A stretch of 64,000 nucleotides of DNA from contig JAYZBV010000100.1 in the NCBI GenBank assembly GCA_036338595.1, positions 20,774 to 84,773 of the forward strand, written 5' to 3'. The stretch is from Planctomycetota bacterium. Lineage in GTDB: Bacteria; Planctomycetota; UBA8108; UBA1146. A model generated the notes under the pieces. That model saw nothing but the letters and a program-made list of their open reading frames with translations. It made no database searches and had not been told where the DNA came from. Made by a program: the position numbers and the translations under genes. Of this stretch, positions 17,341 to 27,320 are shown in pieces. The stretch's first letter is position 1; each line of letters starts with the position of its first letter.

Positions 17341-20300
17341 GTGGACCGCTTCGGATCCAACTCTGGCTATGTCGATGCTCTCTACGAGCAATTCATCAGC
17401 GACCCCGAGAGTGTCAGTGCAGCCTGGCGGGAGTTTTTTGATGGGTATCAACCGGAGCAGGAAGCCAGGCACAAGAGTGACCCCGAGGAGGTAGAACTTC
17501 CTAAGCCGGAAGATGTTCTCGATCCTCCTCCTGCCCCCCTGGCGGCAGATAGCCCCGTCACCTCAGCGGATGTGTCGACCGAGTCTCTTGCATCCATCAC
17601 CGTCGCTGGTGATCCACAAGTGCCGCCAGTCAAGGCTGCGGAAGACGATTCCGCTGAAGACGTTGCCGCTGAAGACGATGCCGGGGTGACGCTGATCCCC
17701 ATCGAGGGGATCGCAAGTCGAATCGTCGAGAACATGGAGCAGAGTACTGAAGTGCCGACAGCTACGACTGTGCGGACCATTCCAGTGCGGCTTCTCGAAG
17801 AAAATCGCAAGATCATCAATGAACATCAAATCGCCTGGGCACGAGCCAAGGTGTCGTTCACTCACATCATCGCATGGGCGTTGATGAAGGCTCTGAGAAC
17901 TCACCCCCAGTTGAATCATGGATTTCAGCGAGTCGACGGGGATGCGATTCGCATCGAGCGCACTTCGACTCGTCTGGGGATTGCCGTCGATGTCGAACGG
18001 CGGGGCCAGCGTTCACTGGTGGTCCCGAACCTGAAAGACACGGGTCAGATTCAGTTCAGGGAGTTCCTGGCAGCATTCAATGATGTGGTATCCCGCGCGA
18101 GGCGAGGAAAACTCACACTCGATGACTTCGAGAACACATCCGTGACCATTACCAATCCGGGGATGCTCGGTACCAGCATGTCGGTTCCACGATTGATGGC
18201 GGGGCAGGGCGCCATCTTCGGGATCGGTTCCATCGCCTATCCTCCCGCCTGCGCGGGGATGGCTGCCGACACCGTCAGTCGGCTGGGCTTCTCGAAGGTG
18301 ATGACACTGACCAGTACCTACGATCATCGTGTGATCCAGGGGGCGGAATCGGGTGCCTTCTTGACGACCGTGGAGAACCTGTTGCTGGGGAATGAGCGCT
18401 TCTACGACTCCATCTTCGAGCAACTGGATGTCCCACATGAACCGTACCGCTGGTCTCAGGAGACTTCCGGGGAGGATCGATCCGTGGCGGTCAGCACCCC
18501 TGCCTATCGACAGGCACAGGTGCTCCAGCTGGTCGATGCCTATCGTTCTCGAGGGCACAGGATGGCACACCTCGATCCGCTCGGCACCAGTCCCGTTCCA
18601 GACCCGGAACTGGAAATGTCGAGTTATGGACTGAGCATTTGGGACCTCGATCGTTCCTTCATTTGCGGAGGAGTAGGAGGCCAGGACCAACCTCGAAAGC
18701 TACGCCAGATCCTCGATGTGCTGCGGCGCACCTATACCAGATATGTCGGAGCGGAGGTCTCGTACATCTCTGATGCCGAGGAGCGCGACTGGCTGCTGAA
18801 TGAGATGGAATCTACGGAAAATGATTCTCCGATCAGCATCGAGGAGAAACTGCACATCTTGCGCAAGCTGAATGAAGCCGAGGCATTCGAGAAATTTCTG
18901 CATTCCAGTTATGTCGGCCACAAGAGGTTCAGCCTCGAGGGCAGCGAGTCGTTGATTCCTGCTCTGGATGCTCTGCTTGAAGTGTGTTCAGGCTCCGGCG
19001 TCGAGGATGTGTTGATCGGCATGGCGCATCGCGGGCGACTCAATGTGCTCGTGAACATCCTGGGCAAACCTCTCGAGCAGGTGTTCGAGGAGTTTGAGGA
19101 TTTCGATACGGAAAATCCGGAAGGATCCGGGGATGTGAAGTATCACCTCGGGGCTCAGGGTGCCCATCGAGGACAGAATGGCACCGAGGTGAGGGTGACA
19201 CTCGCATCCAATCCCAGCCATCTTGAATCGGTCTGTCCAGTAGTCGAAGGAATGGCCAGGGCACTTCAGGATGAGAGTGAAAAACCAGGTTCAGTCATCC
19301 CTCTGTTGATCCATGGCGATGCGGCCCTCGCCGGCCAGGGTGTCACCTACGAGACCCTCAACATGTCTCAACTGGAGGGATATTCGACAGGTGGCACGGT
19401 CCACATCGTCATCAACAATCAGATCGGATTCACGACATCCCCGATCGATGGACGCTCCTCACGGTACTGCACCGATCTGGCCAAGACGGTCGAGGCACCG
19501 GTTTTCCACATCAATGCAGACCACCCGCAAACGGTCGTACGCATCGTGCGGCTGGCGCTCGAGTATCGGCGTCGCTTCTCCAAGGATGTATTCATCGATC
19601 TGGTCGGGTATCGACGCTGGGGGCACAACGAAGGGGATGAGCCTGCGTTCACCCAGCCACTGGCATCGAAGAATATCGAGAGTCATCGATCGGTCCGAAA
19701 ACTCACAACTGAACGATTACTGGCGCGTGGAGAGATCGATGTGGAAACCGCAGAGCAGATGCTTGGAGAGTTCCAGACGATTCTGGACGACTCGCTGAAG
19801 AGTGTGAAGGACAGCCTGAGGGAACGATCGGCTGCGCAGGTGCGTCCGGATCTCGAGGAATCGGAAGGGATGGCCAGACCGTCCGTTGACACCTCGATTT
19901 CCGCCCAGGAACTCGACTTGTTACTGGCGGAAGTGACGCGCACTCCGGATCAGTTCCAGGTACATCCAAAGTTGAAGAAACAGTTCGAGCGAAGACTGGA
20001 AATGGCGCGCGGAGGGTCCATCGACTGGGGGCTTGCCGAGTTGTGCGCATTTGGATCTCTGGTGCGCGAGGGGCACAGCATCCGGCTCTCCGGGGAAGAC
20101 AGCGGTCGCGGTACTTTCAGCCAGCGACACAGCGCACTTCTCGACTGTGTATCGGGTGCACGCCATGTTCCTCTGGACCATCTTCCAGGAGCCGATGGCC
20201 ATTTTGAAGTGCACGACAGTTTGCTCTCAGAATTTGGAGTGCTCGGTTTCGAATTCGGGTATAGCGTCCAGCGCCCGGAGGCGTTGACGATCTGGGAAGC

Positions 20301-21054
20301 TCAGTTCGGAGACTTTTCGAATGGCGCGCAGATCATCATCGATCAGTTCATTTCGAGTGCCGAAGAAAAATGGAACCAGAGTTCTGGCTTGACGATGCTG
20401 TTGCCTCACGGCTACGAGGGGCAGGGTCCCGAGCATTCCAGTGCACGGCTCGAGAGATTCCTTCAACTGTGCGCTGAGGGTAATCTCAGGGTTGTGCAGC
20501 CGAGTACACCCGCCCAGTATTTTCATGTATTGAGACGTCAGTTGCACGACCCGGCGATCAAACCGTTGGTGGTGTTGAACCCGAAGAGCCTGTTGAGGCT
20601 TCCTTCGGCGAGAAGTGAGACCTCTCGATTCACCGGGAGTTGTTTCCAGGAGGTGCTCGTGGATGGCACCGTGGGACCGGCGATCCAGAAGATCCTCATC
20701 GGCTCTGGAAGGGTGGTCTACGACCTTCTCGAGGAGCGCAAGAAACGCGCTGCCGATGAGGTTCTCATCCTCAGGATGGAGCAGTTCTATCCGTTTCCGA
20801 GGGCTGCGATCCAGCAGGTTCTCGAGCGCCTCTCTGCTGACTGCGATGTTCGCTGGGTACAGGACGAACCCAGAAACATGGGAGCGTGGTCCTACCTCAG
20901 GGACAGGGACGGGGGATTCCTGGGCGGGGGTCGCCGCGTGAAGTTCGTCGGAAGAGCCTGGAGCGCCAGTCCTGCCAGTGGGTCAAGATCGGTTCACGAA
21001 GCGGAACAGAAGGACCTGATTGAAAGGGCCTTTGCAGATGACGGTGACGAGTAG
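17341..21054 (+). CDS. kgd: Multifunctional 2-oxoglutarate dehydrogenase, fused E2o acyltransferase + E1o (Kgd/OdhA type)
   Basis: N-terminal FGSNSGYVDALYEQFISDPESVSAAW. Acyltransferase domain ending TLTSTYDHRVIQGAESG. E1o motifs KRFSLEG, GMAHRGRLN, GDVKYHLG, HGDAALAGQG, WEAQFGDF and LPHGYEGQGPEHSSAR. GTG behind GGGAGG. Confidence 0.95.
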   Translation: MDRFGSNSGYVDALYEQFISDPESVSAAWREFFDGYQPEQEARHKSDPEEVELPKPEDVLDPPPAPLAADSPVTSADVSTESLASITVAGDPQVPPVKAAEDDSAEDVAAEDDAGVTLIPIEGIASRIVENMEQSTEVPTATTVRTIPVRLLEENRKIINEHQIAWARAKVSFTHIIAWALMKALRTHPQLNHGFQRVDGDAIRIERTSTRLGIAVDVERRGQRSLVVPNLKDTGQIQFREFLAAFNDVVSRARRGKLTLDDFENTSVTITNPGMLGTSMSVPRLMAGQGAIFGIGSIAYPPACAGMAADTVSRLGFSKVMTLTSTYDHRVIQGAESGAFLTTVENLLLGNERFYDSIFEQLDVPHEPYRWSQETSGEDRSVAVSTPAYRQAQVLQLVDAYRSRGHRMAHLDPLGTSPVPDPELEMSSYGLSIWDLDRSFICGGVGGQDQPRKLRQILDVLRRTYTRYVGAEVSYISDAEERDWLLNEMESTENDSPISIEEKLHILRKLNEAEAFEKFLHSSYVGHKRFSLEGSESLIPALDALLEVCSGSGVEDVLIGMAHRGRLNVLVNILGKPLEQVFEEFEDFDTENPEGSGDVKYHLGAQGAHRGQNGTEVRVTLASNPSHLESVCPVVEGMARALQDESEKPGSVIPLLIHGDAALAGQGVTYETLNMSQLEGYSTGGTVHIVINNQIGFTTSPIDGRSSRYCTDLAKTVEAPVFHINADHPQTVVRIVRLALEYRRRFSKDVFIDLVGYRRWGHNEGDEPAFTQPLASKNIESHRSVRKLTTERLLARGEIDVETAEQMLGEFQTILDDSLKSVKDSLRERSAAQVRPDLEESEGMARPSVDTSISAQELDLLLAEVTRTPDQFQVHPKLKKQFERRLEMARGGSIDWGLAELCAFGSLVREGHSIRLSGEDSGRGTFSQRHSALLDCVSGARHVPLDHLPGADGHFEVHDSLLSEFGVLGFEFGYSVQRPEALTIWEAQFGDFSNGAQIIIDQFISSAEEKWNQSSGLTMLLPHGYEGQGPEHSSARLERFLQLCAEGNLRVVQPSTPAQYFHVLRRQLHDPAIKPLVVLNPKSLLRLPSARSETSRFTGSCFQEVLVDGTVGPAIQKILIGSGRVVYDLLEERKKRAADEVLILRMEQFYPFPRAAIQQVLERLSADCDVRWVQDEPRNMGAWSYLRDRDGGFLGGGRRVKFVGRAWSASPASGSRSVHEAEQKDLIERAFADDGDE

Positions 21055-21065
21055 GAGCGGCTGCA

Positions 21066-22235
21066 TTGTACATCAAAGATTCTAGTCAACTTTCGAACTG
21101 GATGGATCGCGCGAGTAGCGATGGTCGCTATGGGATGGATCTCGAATTCATCCGAGAGAAAACCTATTACCCTCAACTTGCTCTGATACAGATCTCTGTC
21201 GGGAGTGAACTTGCGCTCCTGGACCCGCTCGGAGATGTCGATCTATCGCCGCTGATCGCGACCGTCTCTGATCCCTCCATCATCAAGGTGGTTCATGCCG
21301 GATCGCAGGATCTGGAGATACTGGAGCATCTCAGTGACGGCATTCCTCGTGCAGTATTTGATACACAGGTTGCTTCTGCATTCACCGGCCTGGGGCTGCA
21401 GCCCTCCTATGCTTCGACCTGCGGTCAGTTACTGGACGTGGTGGTTGAAAAGGGAGAATCCTGGACCGATTGGCTGCGACGGCCTTTGACACGAGCGCAG
21501 GAAATCTATGCCATCGACGATGTTCGCCATCTGTTGCCGTTGCACGATGTGCTGGTGTCTCGTTTGGAGAAGGATGGCCGCTTGCTGTGGGCCATCGACG
21601 AGATGAAGAAGTACGAACGGGATACGACCTATCATCCTCAACTGGACAGCCAACTGCGAAAGGTCAAGCGGTCTGGAACTCTCAAGGAGCGAGGTCTGGC
21701 TTTGCTCGGAGAACTCTACCAGTGGCGAGAAGAGGAAGCTCAGAAAAAAGACCGTCCTCGGCGCAGGATCATCTCGGATGAAGTGCTGGTCGAGGTCGCT
21801 CGGAGATCACCATCCGATGAGGAAGGGCTCAACAGGATCCGTGGATTGGATCCGAGAGACCTTCGACGCCATGGCGATGCATTGCTCGCTGCGGTGGTGA
21901 AGGGAAACGCCATCCCGGAAGGTGATCTTCCAGTGATCCTTCGTCGAAGAAGGTTAGAACCCCAGGAGGAAGCAGCGGTTGAACTGGCGACCTCTGCTTT
22001 GCGTGCCCTGTGTCGTGCGGAGAGAATCGCGCCACCGTTGGTGGCTCGCGGAGACGATGTCGAACGCCTCGTCAGAGATTATTATGGATCCTGTCTTGTC
22101 ACGGCAGAGCACAACCTGTTGCAAGGCTGGCGTGGCGAGTTGTTTGGCGACAGGATGGTTGGCTTCCTCGAAGGGAAATCCCAGCTAGGGTTCGATGCCG
22201 AGAGCGGCTACCCCAGTTTACGCTCGTTCCATTAG
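21066..22235 (+). CDS. rnd: Ribonuclease D (DEDD exonuclease + HRDC)
   Basis: GMDLEFIREKTYYPQLALIQ, HAGSQDLE, FDTQVA, TDWLRRPL...YAIDDV, HRDC region (WREEEAQKKDRP) and LQGWRGE. Confidence 0.93.
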   Translation: MYIKDSSQLSNWMDRASSDGRYGMDLEFIREKTYYPQLALIQISVGSELALLDPLGDVDLSPLIATVSDPSIIKVVHAGSQDLEILEHLSDGIPRAVFDTQVASAFTGLGLQPSYASTCGQLLDVVVEKGESWTDWLRRPLTRAQEIYAIDDVRHLLPLHDVLVSRLEKDGRLLWAIDEMKKYERDTTYHPQLDSQLRKVKRSGTLKERGLALLGELYQWREEEAQKKDRPRRRIISDEVLVEVARRSPSDEEGLNRIRGLDPRDLRRHGDALLAAVVKGNAIPEGDLPVILRRRRLEPQEEAAVELATSALRALCRAERIAPPLVARGDDVERLVRDYYGSCLVTAEHNLLQGWRGELFGDRMVGFLEGKSQLGFDAESGYPSLRSFH

Positions 22236-22252
22236 CGCAGCAGGTTCTGGAA

Positions 22253-23626
22253 TCACTCCGCCTCGCTGGACTCGGGTACGCAGATGACATCCATGAAACT
22301 GGAGACGCTGAAGATCGCCTGGCCAGATCCGGGAGGGCCGTAACCCGGTGGTACCGGGAGATGGTGTTTCTGGTGGCAGTCCCTCCACGCTTCCAGCAGG
22401 CGAGCGTGGTATTCGAGTGGCGCTGGAGGTTGAGCTTCGCCCGTTGCGGCTTGCTCCTTGACCAGGGGTGACAGCGGTTCAGGGCACCATACCGTGAACC
22501 TCGGGCATACTCCCTGACTCATGAAGAAGTCCAGACCTTCTCTGGTCGATTCGACCGCAGCTTCAGGGTCGGTGTAGCCGTTTGGTCTCGACATCTCTAT
22601 TCCCGCTACAAAATTGGGGATGACATTGGCAGCACCAAATACATCCACTGCAGCAATGATTCGCCGGTGCCATTCGGATCTTCCGACATAACTCTCCTTG
22701 CCAGGGCAGATCAGCGAGAAGAGGCGCTCATCCCATATCTCGTAGTTGGGATGAAAGATCTGCACTCCTGCGTCCTTGAGAACCTGTTGTTCGGCTACTG
22801 GAAGTGCCTGTGTGACCGCCTTGGGGATCCAGCGCCCTGGGAACTTCTCCTCGATGGTGCGGGCATAGTCGGCATAAAACTCAGCCTCTCCCTTACCCCG
22901 CAACTTCCGGGTGATGGAGCCCCCGGTGAGCGTGTAGGCGCGTGATACATCGTCGACTCTGCTGATGATGGAGAGGGCTTCCAGCACATCCTCCATCGGC
23001 TTTACCGTGCGATAGGGTCGCCCTGCAGCGACCTGCTGCCGGTAGTTCTCGTTGATGTCACAAAAGCGACACTCTTCCTTGAATCCGAAGTACTGGCACT
23101 TTCGGTAGACAGTGAGATAAATCAGATAGCCCCATTCGATGGTGGGGGCAACCTCGTGGACCGGCTGGCCCGATTCCATCGGCTCCTTGTAATACTCGGG
23201 AACATCCTGAAGATCGATGCGGCTGATCGATTGCGTTCCGCAGAACAGATGCAGTTCCTCACCGTCCAGGTCGATTCGCCATGGGGAATGAGGATTGACT
23301 CTCACTGAAACCGTTGTTCGCCTGAAGTTCCAGGGTCCGTCTACCAGTTGTATCTCTTCAGGAGCTCGGAGATTCTCCTGTTGATCCATCGCGTCGATGG
23401 GGACCATGTCAAAGCTGAAGATGAAGTACGACTTGCTCTTGAATCTGGCGCAGTGACGAAGCGCATCCATGGAAAAGGAAACCCCGATGCGAAGCAGATC
23501 CTCCTTGACGAGTGCCTCCGTCGGAAGAGTGGGAAGCAGCTTCTTCAGGCGCTGGATCTCGGCAATCTGCTCCTCTGCCAGCCGTTCCTGATCGGCAGCG
23601 ATCTTGGTCGAGGGTTGGCTCGTCAT
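22253..23626 (-). CDS. Uncharacterised radical SAM protein with atypical CX8CX2C motif
   Basis: CQYFGFKEECRFC, TLTGG, HPNYEIWD...ICPGK and NFVAGIE. GAGGAG RBS. Confidence 0.8.
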   Translation of the reverse strand: MTSQPSTKIAADQERLAEEQIAEIQRLKKLLPTLPTEALVKEDLLRIGVSFSMDALRHCARFKSKSYFIFSFDMVPIDAMDQQENLRAPEEIQLVDGPWNFRRTTVSVRVNPHSPWRIDLDGEELHLFCGTQSISRIDLQDVPEYYKEPMESGQPVHEVAPTIEWGYLIYLTVYRKCQYFGFKEECRFCDINENYRQQVAAGRPYRTVKPMEDVLEALSIISRVDDVSRAYTLTGGSITRKLRGKGEAEFYADYARTIEEKFPGRWIPKAVTQALPVAEQQVLKDAGVQIFHPNYEIWDERLFSLICPGKESYVGRSEWHRRIIAAVDVFGAANVIPNFVAGIEMSRPNGYTDPEAAVESTREGLDFFMSQGVCPRFTVWCPEPLSPLVKEQAATGEAQPPAPLEYHARLLEAWRDCHQKHHLPVPPGYGPPGSGQAIFSVSSFMDVICVPESSEAE

Positions 23627-23724
23627 CGGTCTCCTCGCACTGTTCTGCTTCGTTGGGGCCCTTTGAGGCGGATGATCGCAGCCTCAGGGGGGTGCAGCAA
23701 GACATCTGGCGGCAGGGCTCGATA

Positions 23725-24735
23725 CTAGAAGGTGGTGCTGTAGCCGAGGCCCAGTAGCAACTCGATATCTTCACCCTCGATGGTGATCGGCGGATGGCTA
23801 TCGTATCGAATGTTCATCTGTGCATTCAAGGACAGCCCCCCGATGATGCGTGTCCTGATTCCGAGCCTACCCTCGACGAGCAGATCATCAGGATCCACGA
23901 GAGAGACGAAAATGGTGTGATCGTGAAAAGCTTCCAGTAAACCCTCGTCTATCGACCACTCCAGGTTTCCGGCAATGCGAAGAGTGCTGGCAGCCTCATC
24001 CTCAGCGGAGAAGAAATCCTCGTTGAGAGCCGAGATACCCGTTTCTTGCGACCATTTGATACTGTCGGAATCGAAAATCTGAATTCCTGCTCCGATTCCT
24101 GCGGTGGTTCGAAGTGAGAGATCGGCAAACTGATCATTCCGTGCCGAGAAACTGGTGTACAAGAACCACTCGTCGCGAGGAAAGAAGTCGTACTTGATCT
24201 CTGCTCCGGTGGTCCGTTTGCTCAGGATGGTATCGTCCTTGCCGTATGCCCAGTTGACCTTCGAGACGAATCGGTGGGTCTTGTATCGAAAGGTGTAATC
24301 GAGATTCATCGAAGCAGAGATGGTTCGTGTGTTGCCGGAAGTCTTGGTTCCGTTGAGTGTGATGGTTGCCTTCTGAAAGGACTCGGTGGGAGTCGGGTTG
24401 ATCGAGATCACACGGCTATTTGGAACCGATCTCTGGCCGAGAGAATTGTCAACGAGCCAGGCTCCATCCACCAGTTGTAGCGGGCCACTGAGAACTTCAT
24501 CCGCGTCAGTGACAAGGTTTCCGCCACTGGTAAAAAAGGCACCGATGACGAGATCTGCGGGAACCTTGACCTGCCCCATCCCTTCCACCTCGAAGGTGTA
24601 TTGACCATCTTCCAGTTGAACGATGGTGCCGACGAGGATGCTGCCGTCGCCGAGAAGTAGCCTATCCTCGCTGAAAGCAGAGGGATCGGTGCCATCTCCT
24701 ACCAGCAGCAGCAGAAGCAGCAGAGAATGAAGCAT
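23725..24735 (-). CDS. DUF481/YdiY-like outer-membrane beta-barrel protein
   Basis: Signal peptide MLHSLLLLLLL. DRLLLGDGSILVGTI N-domain. TSGNT, NDQFADLSLRTTAGIGAG and a terminal beta-signal LGLGYSTTF. Confidence 0.75.
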   Translation of the reverse strand: MLHSLLLLLLLVGDGTDPSAFSEDRLLLGDGSILVGTIVQLEDGQYTFEVEGMGQVKVPADLVIGAFFTSGGNLVTDADEVLSGPLQLVDGAWLVDNSLGQRSVPNSRVISINPTPTESFQKATITLNGTKTSGNTRTISASMNLDYTFRYKTHRFVSKVNWAYGKDDTILSKRTTGAEIKYDFFPRDEWFLYTSFSARNDQFADLSLRTTAGIGAGIQIFDSDSIKWSQETGISALNEDFFSAEDEAASTLRIAGNLEWSIDEGLLEAFHDHTIFVSLVDPDDLLVEGRLGIRTRIIGGLSLNAQMNIRYDSHPPITIEGEDIELLLGLGYSTTF

Positions 24736-24862
24736 GATGATCTTCCCTTCGGGACATGGAGAGGGAGAATAATCGCCACGGGGATGAGAGGACAATGCAA
24801 TTCCTCTCCGTTGCATCGACCACGATGGCCACAGGTCTGCTGAGCGGCAGGAGCCAGAAACA

Positions 24863-25837
24863 GTGATGGACGAGAAACTGCTGGAAAAAGCCCGTGCCCG
24901 TCGCGGCCGATCGGGTCCCAGGCAGCGGCGAGGATGGGATGCGCTACTGTCGGCGTTCGCTTCGGCCCTGGTGATCCTTCCGATGACACTGCTTCCGGCG
25001 TCCCTGGCGTGTGGTTTCGCCAGACTCCTCGCGATTCCGGCATGGTGGATCGCCAGACGTCGGCGCCAGGTGACTCTCAGCAATCTTCGTCACGCCTACG
25101 GATCGAAGTGGTCAGAGCAGAAGATCAGGAGGGTCGGACTGGAATCGTGGCAGGGTGTGGCGCTTTCTGCGGTCGAGGCGATCCAGATCGGTCGCTGGAT
25201 CGAGGACCCGCAGTTCGTGGACTCTGTCGTGTGGAATGGTCCGTGGCAACAACTGGAGAGGCGACATCTTGCCGGGGAGCCATTCTTGCTCGTCAGCGGC
25301 CATATTGGCCCCTTCGAGGTGATCTTGCCGCTGCTCGTCGCGAGAGGCTGGCGCATTGGACTGCTCTCTCGTCCGGTCAAGAATGCTTACATTCATTCCT
25401 GGTTGAAGTGGGTTCGTCGGGGCACCGTCCCGCGCATCCTCGACCCGGCAGGGGCCTTGCCGGAGATGGGTCAGGCACTCTCTGAAGGAACCTCGCTGGC
25501 TCTGCTGATCGATCAGAACGATAGGGACGGGGTCTTCGTGCCATTTCTGGGACGGGAAGCGGCGACCACTCCATCCATCGGGGTGCTGACACGACGCTAC
25601 AAGGTGCCGGTCGTCTATCTCCAGGCGCGTCGGATCGTTGCAGGACAGCGTTACAGTCTCAGCTGCGAGGAGGCTCAATTGCCGTGGGGAGACGATATCC
25701 GATCTCATGTCCAGGATGTGACGCAACTTGCCACGGCGCGTATCGAATCGATGGTTCGAGAGACTCCAGCGGACTGGTTGTGGATGCACCAGCGGTGGAA
25801 AGTTCGGCCGGATGGTCAACGTGAGAAATTGATCTGA
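24863..25837 (+). CDS. Lipid A lauroyl/lysophospholipid acyltransferase (LpxL/HtrB family)
   Basis: NLRHAY, SGHIGPFE, LLIDQ, VPFLGREAAT and WLWMHQRWK. N-terminal TM segment. Confidence 0.85.
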   Translation: MMDEKLLEKARARRGRSGPRQRRGWDALLSAFASALVILPMTLLPASLACGFARLLAIPAWWIARRRRQVTLSNLRHAYGSKWSEQKIRRVGLESWQGVALSAVEAIQIGRWIEDPQFVDSVVWNGPWQQLERRHLAGEPFLLVSGHIGPFEVILPLLVARGWRIGLLSRPVKNAYIHSWLKWVRRGTVPRILDPAGALPEMGQALSEGTSLALLIDQNDRDGVFVPFLGREAATTPSIGVLTRRYKVPVVYLQARRIVAGQRYSLSCEEAQLPWGDDIRSHVQDVTQLATARIESMVRETPADWLWMHQRWKVRPDGQREKLI

Positions 25838-25902
25838 GCTGCGAGGCTGCGGTGACAGGGACCAGGGTCGGGTGTATCCTGCGCACTCACGGGAGGAAAC
25901 CG

Positions 25903-26817
25903 ATGGATTCGACTGCTGTTCGAGATATCTGCGTTCCAGGACTGGAGCCAATTCTGCGTGGCAAGGTGCGTGACATCTTCGATCTCGGCGACCAGTTGCT
26001 GCTGGTCACCAGTGATCGAGTCAGTGCCTATGATGTCGTGTTACCCCAGGGGATCCCGGAAAAGGGCGCCATCCTGACCCAGCTGACGCGGTGGTGGCTC
26101 GATCGACTTCCCGACGGGATCCAGCATCATCTCATCTCGACCGATCCCGCTGACTTTCCCGAACCGTTTCGAAGTGCAGCCAGCGAATGGGGACCGCGGG
26201 CGATGCTGGTGAGAAAACTCGACATGATTCCCGTCGAGTGCGTGGTTCGTGGTTATGTTGTCGGCAGTGGCTGGAAGGATTACCAGGCGACAGGATCCAT
26301 CTGCGGCATCCCCTTGCCCGATGGAATGTGCCAGGCGGGTCGTATCGAAGATCCCATCTTCACTCCCGCTGCCAAGAACCACGATGGTCACGACGAGAAC
26401 ATATCCATCGAGAGAGCCGGGGAGATGGTCGGGCATGATCTGATGGCTCAACTGAAGGATCTGTCGGTGCAGATCTTTTCCCACGGCCGCGAGCATGCGG
26501 CGACGTGTGGACTCATCCTGGCTGACACCAAGTTCGAGTTCGGTATCGGCGCGGACGGACCGGTGCTCGCCGATGAAGTGCTCACCGCAGACTCGTCGCG
26601 CTACTGGCCTGCTGATCAGTACCAGGTCGGCATCAGTCCTCCCTCTTTTGACAAGCAGTACGTGCGCGATCATCTCGCTTCTTGCGGTTGGACCGGAGAT
26701 GGTCCAGTACCTGATCTTCCCGATGAAGTGGTCGAGGGCACGACGGCTCGCTATCAGGATCTGTTCGAGCGCGTGACAGGGGTGAGTTGGGGTACATGGA
26801 AGGAACAAACATCATGA
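25903..26817 (+). CDS. purC: SAICAR synthetase
   Basis: RGKVRDIF, SDRVSAYD, PVECVVRGY, ADTKFEFG, DEVLTADSSRYW and SFDKQYVRD. GGAGG RBS. Confidence 0.97.
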   Translation: MDSTAVRDICVPGLEPILRGKVRDIFDLGDQLLLVTSDRVSAYDVVLPQGIPEKGAILTQLTRWWLDRLPDGIQHHLISTDPADFPEPFRSAASEWGPRAMLVRKLDMIPVECVVRGYVVGSGWKDYQATGSICGIPLPDGMCQAGRIEDPIFTPAAKNHDGHDENISIERAGEMVGHDLMAQLKDLSVQIFSHGREHAATCGLILADTKFEFGIGADGPVLADEVLTADSSRYWPADQYQVGISPPSFDKQYVRDHLASCGWTGDGPVPDLPDEVVEGTTARYQDLFERVTGVSWGTWKEQTS

Positions 26818-27320
26818 TTGCCAAGGTTCTTGTCGTCATGGGCAGCGATAGCGACTGGTCGGTGATGGAAGCCTGTGTCGAGCAGTTGCAGAAGTTTGAT
26901 ATCGAAGCGGAGGTTCGTGTTTGCTCCGCGCATCGTACTCCCGAGGTCGCTCATCATCTCAGCCAGAGCGCTGTCGATGAGGGCTACTGCGCCATCATCG
27001 CGGCTGCTGGACACGCCGCACATCTGGCCGGTGTCATGGCCGCCAGCACGACGCTGCCGGTGATCGGCGTGCCCATCGATTCGAGTGCCCTCGATGGCAT
27101 GGACGCCTTGCTGGCAACGGTTCAGATGCCGCCAGGGGTTCCCGTCGCAACGGTGGCCATCGGCAAGCCCGGGGCCACCAACGCTGCCATACTGGCGGCG
27201 CAGATCGTCGCCGTGGCCAATCCCGAGATGCGTGCGCGCCTCGACGAGCACAAGGTGACGATGGCCAGCAAGGTGGCCGCCAAGGACGAAGCCCTGCGTG
27301 ACAGGGCTTCTGAAGCCTAG
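26814..27320 (+). CDS. purE: N5-CAIR mutase
   Basis: [28 protein letters not shown] and [18 protein letters not shown] overlap with purC. Confidence 0.97.
   Translation: MIAKVLVVMGSDSDWSVMEACVEQLQKFDIEAEVRVCSAHRTPEVAHHLSQSAVDEGYCAIIAAAGHAAHLAGVMAASTTLPVIGVPIDSSALDGMDALLATVQMPPGVPVATVAIGKPGATNAAILAAQIVAVANPEMRARLDEHKVTMASKVAAKDEALRDRASEA

Noticed and set aside
24736..25083. N-terminal extension of the DUF481 ORF
   Set aside because: It overlaps the opposite-strand acyltransferase gene. The signal peptide and RBS point to ATG 24735.
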